Shown in pieces: positions 41,418 through 54,676 of a stretch of DNA of 64,000 bases. The DNA lies in NCBI GenBank assembly GCA_963845385.1, contig CAWJRW010000006.1, positions 711,450 to 775,449 of the forward strand. The letters are read 5' to 3'. Under the pieces are notes generated by a model. The model was not told the origin of the DNA and made no database searches. It saw only the letters and a list, made by a program, of their open reading frames with translations. The translations under genes were made by a program, and so were the position numbers. The first letter of the stretch is position 1. Each line of letters begins with the position of its first letter. The stretch comes from an uncultured Alphaproteobacteria bacterium (GTDB taxonomy: Bacteria; Pseudomonadota; Alphaproteobacteria; CAWJRW01).

Positions 41418-42822
41418 CATGGTGAGCGAAGCTTCGACCTCATCGTTCTCGGCTCGGGCCCCGGCGGCTATGTGGCGGCCATCCGCGCGGCCCAGCTCGG
41501 CATGAAGACCGCCATCGTCGAGCGCGAGAATCTGGGCGGCATCTGCCTCAACTGGGGCTGCATTCCGACCAAGGCGCTGCTGCGCTCCTCCGAGCTCTTT
41601 CACTTGATGCAGCGCGCAGGTGAATTCGGCTTGTCGGCTAAGGAGATCAGCTTCGATCCTGCCAAAGTGGTCGAGCGCTCGCGCAAGGTCGCCGCGCGGC
41701 TCTCGGACGGCATCAAGTTCCTGATGAGGAAGCACAAGATCGAGGTCGTCTGGGGCGAAGGCAGGCTCGAGGGGGCGGGCAAGCTGTCCGTCGACCAAGG
41801 ACGGCAAGACCGAAACGCTTGCCGCCAAGACACATCATTCTCGCCACGGGCGCCCGCGCGCGATCGCTGCCGGGGCTCGAAGGCCGATGGCAAAGCTCGT
41901 CTGGACCTATCGCGAAGCCATGGTGCCGGACATTTTTCCGAAGTCGCTGCTCGTCATCGGCTCGGGCGCCATCGGCATCGAGTTCGCGAGTTTCTTTCGC
42001 ACGCTGGGCGCCGAGGTGACGGTGGTGGAAATCCTCGATCGCATTCTGCCGGTCGAGGACGCCGAGATCTCGCAGCTCGCCGAGAAGGCTTTTCGCAAGC
42101 AGGGCATGACGATCCACACCGGCGCCAAAGTGGAGTCACTGTCGCGCGGAAAGGACTCCGTGAAGGCCGTCATCAAGACCAAGGACGGCAAGAGCGAGAC
42201 CAGGGAGTTTCAGCGCGCCATCCTCGCCGTCGGCATCACCGGCAACGTCGAGAACATCGGGCTTGAAAAGGCGGGCGTGAAAGTTGACAGAGGCCACATC
42301 GTGATCGACCAATGGGGCTCGACCGGCGTGCCCGGCCTCTATGCCATCGGCGACGTCGCGGGCCCGCCCTGGCTCGCGCACAAGGCGATGCACGAGGGCG
42401 TGATTTGCGTCGAGAAGATCGCGGGCGTCAAAGGCGTGCATCCCCTCGACACGTCCAAGATTCCCGGTTGCACGTATTCCTATCCGCAAGTGGCCTCCAT
42501 CGGCCTCACCGAAGCGCAAGCGAAGGAGAAGGGCATGGCCGTGAAAGTCGGGCGCTTTCCCTTCCTCGGCAACGGCAAGGCGATTGCGCTGGGCGAGCTC
42601 GAAGGCCTCGTCAAGACGGTGTTCGACGCCAAGACGGGCGAGCTCTTGGGCGCGCACATGATCGGCGCCGAAGTCACCGAGCTCATCCAGGGCTTCGCCA
42701 TCGCGCGTACGCTGGAATCCACAGAAGCCGAGCTCATGGCCACCATCTTCCCCCATCCCACGCTGTCGGAAATGATGCACGAGGCGGTCCTCGACGCTTA
42801 CGGCCGGGCGCTCCATATTTGA
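41418..42822 (+). CDS. lpdA: Dihydrolipoyl dehydrogenase (E3), at least three frame changes (near 41432, 41810, 41885)
   Basis: LGGICLNWGCIPTKALL, LLVIGSGAIGIEFASFF, HPTLSE; N-terminal FAD motif disrupted by a 1-nt deletion (EASTSSFSARAP where ASFDLIVLGSGPGG is expected). Confidence 0.9.
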
Positions 42823-42837
42823 GTGGAGAGGTGCGTC

Positions 42838-43110
42838 ATGATCCGATTGCCCGGCCGGCCCTGGTTCAAGCCCCATCGCTTCGGCTTCGGCGCGAGCCCC
42901 TACACCTGGGAGGGCTGGCTCTTCACCGCCTTCTATGTCGCGGGCATCATCGTCGTGATGCAGGCGAGCAAGATTCTCGACGGGACGAACCTTTCGGTCG
43001 CTTTCGGCCACTTTCTCGTCGCGCTCCTCGTGCTCAGCGCCGTGTTCGTCGTCTTTATCTGGCTCAAGACCGACGGGCCTTGGCGCTGGCGCTGGGGTGA
43101 GAGGAGCTAG
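42838..43110 (+). CDS. Small membrane protein (~90 aa)
   Basis: Two hydrophobic helices WLFTAFYVAGIIVVM and FLVALLVLSAVFVVFIWL. Confidence 0.4.
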   Translation: MIRLPGRPWFKPHRFGFGASPYTWEGWLFTAFYVAGIIVVMQASKILDGTNLSVAFGHFLVALLVLSAVFVVFIWLKTDGPWRWRWGERS

Positions 43111-43177
43111 CGGCACTTGATCCTCGGCGTGGGCCGATCCATCTTGGGCACCGGCATGGGCCGCTTTAGGATGATCG

Positions 43178-44145
43178 ATGACCATCGTTTATGACCGCTT
43201 GAAGGACAATTCTGCGGCGCTCCGCCATCCCGAGAAACGCAATCGCGCGGAGACGCCGTCGCCGCCAAAGCCCGCCTGGCTGCGCGTGCGCGCGCCGTCT
43301 TCGCCCGGCTATTTTTCCACGCTCGCGCTCATGCGCGAGAGCCGGCTCGTCACGGTGTGCGAGGAGGCGGGCTGCCCCAACATCGGCGAATGCTGGAGCC
43401 AGGGTCACGCCACCATGATGATCATGGGCGACACCTGCACGCGGGCTTGCGCCTTCTGCAACGTCAAGACGGGATTGCCGGGGCCGCTCGACGCGGACGA
43501 GCCCCAACGCGTGGCGGAGGCCTTAGCGAAGCTCGGGCTTGCGCCACGTCGTCATCACGTCCGTGGATCGCGACGATCTCCCCGACGGCGGCGCGGGCCA
43601 CTTCGCCGCCGTTATCCGCGCCATTCGCAGGGCGGCGCCGGCGACGACGATCGAAGTGCTGACGCCGGATTTCCTGCGCAAAGCCGGGCGCGGTCGAGAC
43701 CGTGGTCGAAGCCCGGCCCGATGTCTTCAACCACAATCTCGAGACGGTGCCGCGCCTTTACCTTTCCGTCAGGCCCGGCGCGCGATACTTCGCCTCGCTC
43801 CGCCTCTTGCAGGAGGCCAAGGCGCTCGAGCCTTCGCTCTTCACCAAGTCGGGCCTGATGGTAGGGCTCGGCGAGAGCCGCGAGGAAGTGATGCAGGTGA
43901 TGGACGATTTGCGCGTGGCCGATGTCGACTTTCTCACCATCGGCCAATATCTGCAGCCGACGCGCAAGCACGCGGCCGTCCAGCGCTTCGTGACGCCCGA
44001 GGAATTTCAGGATCTCGAGCGCATCGCCCGCGGCAAAGGGTTTCTCATGGTATCCGCAAGCCCGCTCACGCGCTCGTCTTATCACGCGGGCGATGATTTC
44101 GCGCGCCTTGCCGCCTTGCGCGAGGCGGCCACGGCCCGCGTTTAA
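43178..44145 (+). CDS. lipA: Lipoyl synthase, frame changes near 43545 and 43690
   Basis: [27 protein letters not shown] radical-SAM motifs, then [12 protein letters not shown] and C-terminal [16 protein letters not shown] in other frames. Confidence 0.9.
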
Positions 44146-44161
44146 GCAGGGCCTCGTCCTC

Positions 44162-44632
44162 GTGCCGAGCTATGCGGAAAGGCGCTCGCTCCCGTGGAGC
44201 CCGTCGGAAATGTACGCGCTCGTGGCCGACGTTGAGCGCTATCCGGAATTCTTGCCCTGGTGCACGGCGCTGCGCGTGAAGGACCGCACGCAGCAGAACG
44301 GTCATGAAGTGCTCATGGCCGACATGACGGTGGCGTTCAAGGCGTTGCAGGAGCGCTTTGCCAGCCGTGTCATTCTCGATCCCGAGGCGCGGCGCATCGA
44401 CGTCGAATATATCGACGGTCCTTTCCGCTCCCTGATCAACAATTGGCGCTTCGAGCCGGGCGATGCCGGGGGCGTCGTCGTCGATTTCTTCATCGACTTC
44501 GATTTTCGAAGCCGTGTGCTGGGGCTCGTCATGAGCGCCGTCTTCAGCCGCGCGGCGGAAAAGATCGTGCAGGCCTTCGAGGCGCGCGCGCGCACCGTCT
44601 ACGGAACGCCCGTTCTCCCTCGCGAAGTCTAA
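44162..44632 (+). CDS. SRPBCC-family protein (RatA / CoQ-binding Coq10-like); start approximate
   Basis: SEMYALVADVERYPEFLPWC ... FRSLINNWRFEP; conserved position after lipA. Confidence 0.7.
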   Translation: MPSYAERRSLPWSPSEMYALVADVERYPEFLPWCTALRVKDRTQQNGHEVLMADMTVAFKALQERFASRVILDPEARRIDVEYIDGPFRSLINNWRFEPGDAGGVVVDFFIDFDFRSRVLGLVMSAVFSRAAEKIVQAFEARARTVYGTPVLPREV

Positions 44633-45881
44633 TCGGGCTTCACGTCCGCCAGCCGATCGACGCGGCGCAGGTCGGGGAAGAGATAGCCCCACAGCGCCAC
44701 CACCATGACCGTGCCGAGACCTCCGATCACGACCGCGGCCACGGTGCCGAACCAAGAGGCCATGACGCCGGCTCGGAATTCGCCGAGCTCGTTCGAGGCG
44801 CCGATGAACACCATGTTCACCGCGCTCACGCGCCCGCGCATGTGGTCGGGCGTTGCGAGTTGCACGAGCGTGTTGCGAACATAGATGCTGATCATGTCCG
44901 TGGCGCCGATGACGACGAGCGCCGCGAGCGAGAGCGCGAAATTCTTCGATAGGCCGAAGACGATCGTCGCTGCGCCGAAGACCGCGACGCAAAGGAGCAT
45001 GATGATGCCCGTGCGCCCGCCAAGCGGCCTGTAGGCGAGAATGAGCGCGCAGGCCGTGGCACCGACCGCGGGCGCGCTACGCAAGAGGCCGAGGCCCGTC
45101 GGGCCGACGCGGAGAATGTCGTCCGCATAAATCGGCAAGAGCGCCGTGGCGCCGCCCAACAGCACCGCGAAGAGATCGAGCGAGATGGCGCCGAAGATCA
45201 CAGGCTTCCGGCGCATATAGGCAATGCCCGCGGCAAAGCGGGCAAACGTGCCGGCCTCCGAATCGAAGGGTTGCGGTTTCGTGCGTACGCTGATGACCGC
45301 ATAGGTCGCGGCGACGCCCAAGAACAGCACCAGGCCCGCCGCGAAGGTCGCCGACGCGCCCGAGACATAGAGCGCACCGCCCAGAGCGGGCCCGGCAATG
45401 ACCGCTGTCTGAAAGACCGAGGAGGAGAGCGCGACGGCCGTCGCAAGCTGCTCCTTGGGCACGAGCTGGGGCAGGAAAGCCTGCACGGCGGGAAAGGCGT
45501 ATGCGCGCGCCGTGCCGAAGAGCACGAGCGCGACGTAGTAAGGCCACGGCGGCGCTGACATTCGCCGTCACAAGCCCGACGAAGAATCGCCGCCGAGCCT
45601 GCTTGCGCGATATAGCTCACGATCAGGATGAGCCGCCGCTGCATGTGATCGGCGAGGCTTCCGGCCGGCAGCACGAGCGCCGCCATGGGCAGGAACTGCG
45701 CGAGCCCGACATAGCCCAGCGCCAAGGGATCGCGCGTCAGCGCGTAGACGTGCCAGCCCACGGCAACCGACTGCACCATGATGGCAAAGGTCGAGAGAAA
45801 ACGGCTGACGAGGAAAAGGCGAAAGTCCCTAAGGCCGAGCAGCGCGCGCGTTTGTCCGGCGGGTGCCGTCACCGATGTCAT
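44629..45881 (-). CDS. MFS transporter, frame change near 45560-45600
   Basis: 12-TM hydrophobic profile across ORFs 45198..45881 and 44629..45561. Confidence 0.7.
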
Positions 45882-45926
45882 GGGGAGCGAGCCGCGTGAC
45901 CGAGGGCGGGAGCGTGAGCGGATGCT

Positions 45927-46415
45927 TTACAGCATGCGCAGGGCGAGCGCGAGGGCGGCCTCGACGGATTTCATGCGCACGACAGTGCGGCCGATGGCGC
46001 CGAAGCGGTGAACCTCGTGCGCCGTGGCGCGCGTCGCGGAGGCCGCGGCCAAATGCACGAGGCCGACGGGCTTTTCCTTGCTGCCGCCCGCAGGGCCCGC
46101 AATTCCCGTGACGGCGAGAGCGAGATCGGCGTGGGCACGCGCGCGCGCGCCTTCCGCCATGGCGCGCGCCACGGCTTCCGAGACCGCGCCATGACGCGCG
46201 AGCAAATCCTTCGGCACGCCGAGAAGGTCTTGCTTTGCTTCATTCGCGTAGCTCACGAAACCGAATTCGAAGACGTCGGAGGCGCCGGCAATCTCGGTAA
46301 GACACGCGGCCAGAAGCCCGCCCGTGCAGGACTTCGCGGTCGTGATCTTGATGCCTTGCGCCTTCGCCTTGGCGATCAAGTCCTCGGCCTCGCGCAGCAG
46401 GGGCGGGGGAAACAT
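45927..46415 (-). CDS. CinA-family protein / nicotinamide-nucleotide amidohydrolase PncC-like
   Basis: [39 protein letters not shown] ... [24 protein letters not shown]. Confidence 0.75.
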   Translation of the reverse strand: MFPPPLLREAEDLIAKAKAQGIKITTAKSCTGGLLAACLTEIAGASDVFEFGFVSYANEAKQDLLGVPKDLLARHGAVSEAVARAMAEGARARAHADLALAVTGIAGPAGGSKEKPVGLVHLAAASATRATAHEVHRFGAIGRTVVRMKSVEAALALALRML

Positions 46416-46420
46416 GGCGC

Positions 46421-46879
46421 TCAGATCACCTTTTCGATGAGCCAATAGGTTCCGATAGCTGCGAGTGCCGCGGCAAGATCGTCGACCATGATGCCGATGC
46501 TGCCCGGCACGCGCCGATTGAGCCAGGAGATCGGCCAAGGTTTTGCGATGTCGAAAACGCGAAAGAGCACAAAACCTGCGGCGGCGCCGATCTCGTCGAG
46601 GGGTACGGCTACGAAGACGAGCCACATGCCTGCGACTTCGTCGATGACCACCTCGCTGGGGTCCGCGCGCTTGACGGCCTGCGCATAAGCGCCGCTCGCC
46701 CAGAGGCCCGCCGCGCAAGCAAGAACGACTGCCACGGCGAGCGCCAAGCGGCCGCCAAGCCGCTCGATCGGTATGGCAAGCAGGAGAGCCGCGAGCGAAC
46801 CCCAGGTTCCCGGTCCCGGCCGCAAACGGCCGACGGGTCCGAACGTGGCGATCTCGCGCTGCAGTTTAGCGCGCGTCAT
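46421..46879 (-). CDS. pgpA: Phosphatidylglycerophosphatase A
   Basis: [25 protein letters not shown] ... [12 protein letters not shown] ... [12 protein letters not shown]. Confidence 0.8.
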   Translation of the reverse strand: MTRAKLQREIATFGPVGRLRPGPGTWGSLAALLLAIPIERLGGRLALAVAVVLACAAGLWASGAYAQAVKRADPSEVVIDEVAGMWLVFVAVPLDEIGAAAGFVLFRVFDIAKPWPISWLNRRVPGSIGIMVDDLAAALAAIGTYWLIEKVI

Positions 46880-48052
46880 GCGCCCGCTTCGAAGGGCAAG
46901 CGGACGCAGGCCACGGCCTCGGCCGCGAGGCCTTCTTGGCGCCCGGTGAAGCCAAGACGCTCGCTTGTCGTCGCCTTCACGCTGACACGCCCGGGCGCGA
47001 TCTCGAGAATAGCGGCGACGCGTTCGATCATGGCCTGACGGTGCGGACCCACCTTCGGCCGCTCGCAGATCAAGGTAACGTCGACATTCTCGATCGAGCC
47101 GCCCTTGGCGCGCACGAGCCTCGGCCGCATGCGCGAGAAAGATGTCGCTCGACGCACCGCGCCATTTGCGCATCGCTCGGCGGGAAATGCTCGCCGATAT
47201 CGCCCGCGCCGATGGCGCCCAGAAGCGCGTCGGTGATGGCATGAAGACCCGCATCGGCATCCGAGTGGCCTTCGAGCTCGCGCTCGTGGGCGAATGCGCA
47301 CGCCGCACAGCCACACATGATCGCCCGGCACGAAGCGATGCACGTCGAAGCCGTGGCCGACGCGCATGCTCGAAGCGGATGCCAACATGCGTTCTGCGCG
47401 CAAGAAATCCTCCGCTGATGTGAGCTTGATGTTATCGGGCGAGCCCTCGACCAGCGCAACCGAAAGCCCTGCGGCCTCGGCTACGGCGGCATCGTCGGTG
47501 AGCGCGCGGCCGGCGGCGAAAGCATGGGCCTCGCAAATGGCGCGGAAAGCGGAAGCCTTGCGGCGTCTGCGCGCGGAAGAGCTACTTCGCGCGGCATCGT
47601 CTCGACGATCAGCCGTTCTCGCGCGCGCGCTTGAGCGTGTCGCTCACGGCGAGCGCGGGGATGGCGCCGTCATGATCGGCGAGCGCATCCAGCACGCGCG
47701 TGACGACGGCCTTGTCGACGAAGGGCCGCGCGGCATCGTGGATGAGCACGAGATCCGGCGGGTTTTCCTTCAGCGCCAAGAGGCCGTGGCGCACCGAGTC
47801 CTGGCGCGAGGCGCCGCCCGCGACCGGCTCGGGCAGCGCGAAGCCCTGGACCGCTGCCTGGTAGAACGCGCGCTCCTCGGGGTGGATGACCACCTGGATG
47901 CGCGCGATGCGGGGATGGCTGGCGAACGCCGCCAGCGAATGGGCGAGAAGCGCACGGCCGCCCAGGCTCCGGTACTGCTTGGGCACCCCGCCGCCCGCGC
48001 GCACGCCCCGTCCGGCGGCGACGATGAGGGCGGCAACCTCCTGGCTACCCAT
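46876..48052 (-). CDS. ispDF: Bifunctional IspD/IspF (MEP cytidylyltransferase / MEcPP synthase), several frame changes (about 47150-47400)
   Basis: IspD: [20 protein letters not shown]; IspF: [10 protein letters not shown] and [33 protein letters not shown] in different frames. Confidence 0.85.
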
Positions 48053-48282
48053 GGAAATTCAGGCCCTTCGCGGCACAGGAGACGGAGCCGCAAGCTAGAC
48101 TCTCCCGCACAGGCTGTGAAGCGCCGAGGGGCCGCTTGCAGCCTGCCGTCGCGAAAGGTTAAATTGCTCAACGACAGGCAGTGTAACTTTTGTGCCTATT
48201 TCGTTATCAGGCGCCAGGGGGCACAGCATGGCAGAAGTTTCGGCGTTACGGGTCATGCCGGCGGCGTCCTGCGCTCGCGGAC

Positions 48283-49373
48283 ATGCTGCTCGAGGCGCTG
48301 CCCCATCCCTTCATGCTGGTCGGCTTCGGCGGCGAGATCGCCTTCGCCAATCAGGCGGCCGAGCAATTCTTCGCCATGAGCCTGCCGCTGCTCAAGCCGG
48401 CAGAAGATCGCGGCGCTGGTTCCCTTCGGCAGTCCGCTGCTCTCGCTCGTCGCTCAAGTGCAGGCCATCGGCGGCTCGGTGAGCGAATACGGCGTCGACA
48501 TGGGAGGACCGCGCACGGGCGATCGTCAGGTCGACATCCAAGTCGCCGCCGTGCCCGAGCAGCCGGGCTCGGTGCTGGTCATGATGCAGGAACGCACCAT
48601 GGCGCAAAAGATGGACCGCCAGCTCACCCATCGCGGCGCGGCGCGTTCGGTCACGGGCATGGCGGCCGTGCTTGCCCACGAAATCAAGAATCCGCTGGCC
48701 GGCATTCGCGGCGCGGCGCAGCTCATCGAGAAGAACGTCGATCCGCAAGACCAGATGTTCACGCAGCTCATCTGCGAGGAGGCCGACCGCATCTGCAAGC
48801 TCGTCGACCGCATGGAAGCGTTCCGGGACAACCGGCCGATCGAGCGCGCGCCCGTCAACATCCACCAGGTGCTCGAGCATGTGCGCAATCTCGCGCAATC
48901 GAGCTTCGCGCAGTCGGTGCGCTTCATCGAGGATTACGATCCGTCGCTGCCGCCGGTGATGGGCGATCGCGATCAGCTCATCCAGGTGTTTCTCAATCTG
49001 GTCAAGAACGCGGCGGACGCGTTGCCCGGCCGAAGAGGGCGAGATCGCGCTTACCACCGCCTATCGGCCGGGCGTGCGCCTGTCGACCAAGGGGGCGCGC
49101 GAGCGCGTGAGTCTGCCGCTCGAGGTCTGCGTGCGCGACAACGGCGCAGGCATTCCCGAAGACATCATGCCCTATCTCTTCGAGCCTTTCGTCACCACGA
49201 AAGCCAAGGGCACCGGCCTTGGCCTCGCGCTCGTCGCCAAGATCGTGGGCGACCATGGCGGCATCGTGGAATGCGAGAGCCAGCCGCGGCGCACGCTGTT
49301 CCGCGTTCTTCTTGCCGATGCACGCGGATCCCGCTCAAGCCGCGGCCGCCGCGGCCACGATGGAGAAATCGTG

Positions 49374-49374
<1 letters not shown>
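48283..49374 (+). CDS. ntrB: Nitrogen regulation sensor histidine kinase NtrB, frame changes near 48400 and 49030
   Basis: H-box [18 protein letters not shown]; N-box [10 protein letters not shown]; G-box GTGLGLALV. Confidence 0.88.
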
Positions 49375-50827
<1,453 letters not shown>

Positions 50828-50929
50828 TGTAATCGCGCCACAATGTGGTGTCGTATCGCATCGATTGGCCCGTTAAGATTGGGGTTGGTCGCCGTCGTCG
50901 ACTTGGGAAGGGGGTCTGGAAGCCGCCCG

Positions 50930-53271
50930 ATGTCCACGATGTCAAGCGTAACGGGGCAAGGGCGAGCAGGGGCGCTCGCCCGATTGATCCGCTGGGCGCC
51001 ACGGGCGCGCGGCGGCTTGCTGGCGGCGACCCTGGCCTTGCTTGCCATCGTCGCCGCGGGCCTCACTTATGCGGCGCTTACGAGCAGCGCGCCGTTCGCC
51101 AAAAGCAAGACTGTTCTCTATCTTCTTCTGTCCTCCAACCTTGTCATCATCCTTAGCACTCGCGGGCCTTATTGCCTGGCTCTTGGTGCGCGTGAAGGCG
51201 GCGCGCCGGTCGGGGGTAGCGGGAACCAAGCTGCATTCGCGGCTCGTCGGGCTGTTCGCCCTCATCGCCGCCGTGCCGGCAATCATCGTGGCCGTGTTCT
51301 CGGGCGTCTTTCTCTTCATCAACATCGAATCCTGGTTCAGCGCGCGCCAACGTTCGGTGATCGACAGCGCCGAGATGGTGACCGACGCCTATTTCCGCGA
51401 GCACCAGCTCCGCATCATGGCGGAAGCCATTCCGATCGCCGAGGAGATCGACCGCCAAGGGCCCTTCATCGCCTACGATCCGAACAAGCTCACGGAGCTC
51501 TTGCGCGTCTGGCGACGCTGCGCGCGGTTCCGGGCGTCTACATCATCAGGCGCGACGGGTCGATCGTGGCGGGCGTCAAGCTCGATCCCGACCTCGAATA
51601 TGTGCCGCCTCTCGAAGAGGCGTTGCAGGAAGCCGAGCTCGGCAAGACCGCGATCTATGCGGCCTATAGCGCGAGCCAGGTGCATGGCCTGAAACGGCTC
51701 GCCGCTTTTCCCGACGCCTATCTTTACGTGGTGCGCTATGTCGATCCCCGCGTGGTCGACCATTTGCGCGAGACGCGAAAAGCACGCTCGGAATATGAGC
51801 GCGCCGAGAGCCGGCGCACCCTCATGCCGATTTACTTCTTCGTCGTCTATCTCGTCGTTGCGCTGTTCATTCTGCTCGCCGCGGTGTGGCTCGGCATCTG
51901 GGCCGCCAACCGCATCGTGGCGCCCATCGGACGCCTCATCAGCGCCTCGGAGCGCGTAAGCCAAGGCGATCTTGCCGTACGCGTCGCCGTAGGCCCGAGC
52001 GACGACGAAATTGGCTCGCTGGGCCGAGCCTTCAACCGCATGACGGCTCAGCTCGAAACCCAACGCGGCGAGCTCGTCGAGGCGAACCGCCAGCTCGATC
52101 GGCGGCGCCGCTTCACGGAAGCGGTGCTCTCCGGCGTGACCGCGGGCGTGATCGGGCTCGACGGCGAGGAGCGGATTACGCTCGTCAACCGCTCGGGCTC
52201 GGCAGCTCTTGGGCGCCGCGCGCGAAGAACTCGTGGGCCAGCCTTTCGCGCGCATGGTGCCAGAAATGGCGCCGCTCCTGCGTGCGGCGCAGGCGAGCCC
52301 AGACCGCACCGCGCAGGGCCAAGTCGAGCTTGTCGCGCGGCGAGGGGCCGCGCAATTTCACGGTGCGCGTGATGCGCGAAGTGAGCGGCGAGGACGATCT
52401 CAAAGGCTTCGTCATTACCTTCGACGACATCACCGAGCTCATGGCCGCCCAACGCATGTCGGCCTGGGCGGACGTCGCCCGCCGCATCGCCCACGAGATC
52501 AAGAATCCCCTTACACCGATCCAACTTTCCGCCGAGCGTCTCCGCCGCAAATACCGCAACGAGGTTCGCGAGCCCGAGGTCTTCGAGCAGTGCACCAACA
52601 CCATCATCCGCCAAGTGGGCGACATCGGCCGCATGGTGGACGAGTTTTCTTCCTTCGCGCGCATGCCGGCGCCTGTCATGACCGAGGAGGACTTGGCCGA
52701 CATTGCACGCCAAGCCGTGTTTCTGCAGCGCGTGGCCCATTCCGAGATCGATTTCGTGCTCGAAGGCGCCGATGCGCGCATCGACCAGACATGCGACCGC
52801 AGGCTCGTAACCCAAGCGCTGACGAACATCATCAAGAATGCCGTGGAAGCAATCGGTGCGCGCCGGGAATTGGAGCACAACGGCGACTATCGGGGCCAAG
52901 TCCGCGTGAAACTGTCCGAAACCGCGGAGCGCAGCATCATCGAGGTGGTGGACAACGGTTGCGGCTTGCCGCGGGAACAGCGGCATCTCCTCACCGAGCC
53001 TTATGTGACGACGCGCGTGAAAGGCACCGGGCTTGGGCTCGCCATCGTCAAGAAGATCATGGAGGACCACGGCGCCATGCTCGCTCTCGAAGATGCACCG
53101 GGGGACAACGGCGAGCGTAAGCGGGGCGCGCTGGTGCGGCTATCATTCTTGAAAACGCCGCTCGAAGCAGCAAGCGTGGAGTGCAGTGCAGCAGGGGGTG
53201 GGTTATGGCGTCTGACATTCTCATCGTCGATGACGAGGCCGACATTCGCGAGCTCATGGCAGGCATATTGA
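50930..53271 (+). CDS. ntrY: Sensor histidine kinase NtrY, at least three frame changes; both ends approximate
   Basis: TM region, HAMP (VAPIGRLISASERVSQGDLAVRV), H-box [22 protein letters not shown] boxes NIIKNAVEA, GTGLGLAIV. Confidence 0.8.
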
Positions 53272-54602
53272 GCGACGAGGGCTTTCTCACGCGCGTGGCA
53301 GGAGACAGCGAGGCGTGTATCAAATCCATTTGCGAGCGGCGGCCCGCGCTTGTCGTGCTCGATATCTGGCTCCAGGGGAGCAAGCTCGACGGTCTTGAGC
53401 TGCTCGACGTGGTGAAGCGCGACTTTCCCGAGGTCGCGGTCGTCATGATCAGCGGCCACGGCAATATCGAGACCGCGGTGTCGGCGATCAAGCGCGGCGC
53501 CTATGACTACATCGAAAAGCCGTTCAAAGCCGACCGGCTCATCTTGGTGGCCAAGCGCGCTCTCGAGGCCATGCGCCTCAAGCGCGAAAACGAGGAATTG
53601 CGGCTGCGCGTGGGCGGCGGGCCGGATTTGATCGGGGAATCGTCCGCCATCTGCCAGGTGCGCCAGGTGATCGAGAAAGTGGCGCCGACCGGCAGCCGGG
53701 TCCTCATCACGGGTCCTGCGGGCTCGGGCAAAGAGATGGTGGCGCGCCTCATCCACGCCCGTTCGCGGCGCGCGGAGAATCCCTTTATCGTCATCAACGC
53801 GGCCTTGATCGCGCCCGAACGCATGGAGCATGAGCTTTTCGGCGTGGAAGAAGGAAACGATGTCCCACGCAAGATCGGCGTTTTCGAAGAGGCCCACGGC
53901 GGCACGCTGCTCCTCGACGAAGTCTGCGACATGCCGCTCGAGACCCAGAGCAAGATTGTCCGAGTCCTGGTCGAACAAAGTTTTTACCGCGTTGGCGGGA
54001 CGATTAAAGTCGAGGTCGATGTGCGTGTCATCAGCGCGACCTCGAAGGATCCCCGTCAGGCGATCGCCGACGGGCGCTTTCGCGAGGACCTTTATCACCG
54101 GCTCATCGTGGTGCCGGTACGCGTGCCCTCTCTCGCCGAGCGGCGCGAAGACATCCCGGCGCTGGTGGAGCATTTTATGCGCCGGCTCTCGCAATCCTCG
54201 GGTCTGCCCATGCGCGTGATCGGCGATGACGCCATGGCCGCGCTCCAGGCCTATGACTGGCCGGGCAATGTCCGTCAGCTCCGCAATAATATCGAACGGC
54301 TACTCATTCTCGTGAGCGACGAGCCGGGCGCGGTCATCACGGCCGACATGCTTCCGCCCGATGTCGGCACCGCCTCGCTTCCCACGATCTACGGCAACGG
54401 CCACGAGCCGCTCATCGCCAAGCCGCTGCGCGAGGCGCGCGAGCATTTCGAGCGCGAGTATCTCAGCGCTCAGATCAGCCGTTTCGGCGGCAATATCTCG
54501 CGCACCGCTGCTTTCATCGGCATGGAGCGTTCCGCGCTTCACCGCAAGCTTAAGTCGTTGGGCGTCACCACCAACCATCGAAGCCAGGGGTACGACGCCT
54601 GA
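53205..54602 (+). CDS. ntrX: Response regulator NtrX (sigma-54 activator family), intact
   Basis: Receiver ILIVDDEADIRE; AAA+ GPAGSGKEMVARLIH, GAFTGA-like; C-terminal HTH. Confidence 0.9.
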   Translation: MASDILIVDDEADIRELMAGILSDEGFLTRVAGDSEACIKSICERRPALVVLDIWLQGSKLDGLELLDVVKRDFPEVAVVMISGHGNIETAVSAIKRGAYDYIEKPFKADRLILVAKRALEAMRLKRENEELRLRVGGGPDLIGESSAICQVRQVIEKVAPTGSRVLITGPAGSGKEMVARLIHARSRRAENPFIVINAALIAPERMEHELFGVEEGNDVPRKIGVFEEAHGGTLLLDEVCDMPLETQSKIVRVLVEQSFYRVGGTIKVEVDVRVISATSKDPRQAIADGRFREDLYHRLIVVPVRVPSLAERREDIPALVEHFMRRLSQSSGLPMRVIGDDAMAALQAYDWPGNVRQLRNNIERLLILVSDEPGAVITADMLPPDVGTASLPTIYGNGHEPLIAKPLREAREHFEREYLSAQISRFGGNISRTAAFIGMERSALHRKLKSLGVTTNHRSQGYDA

Positions 54603-54676
54603 CCTCGAGCGCAGAGGCTTGAGTTCGGCGCGTCCCTCGCGCAACTTAGGTCCGAACCAAGCCCGAGACGCAAATC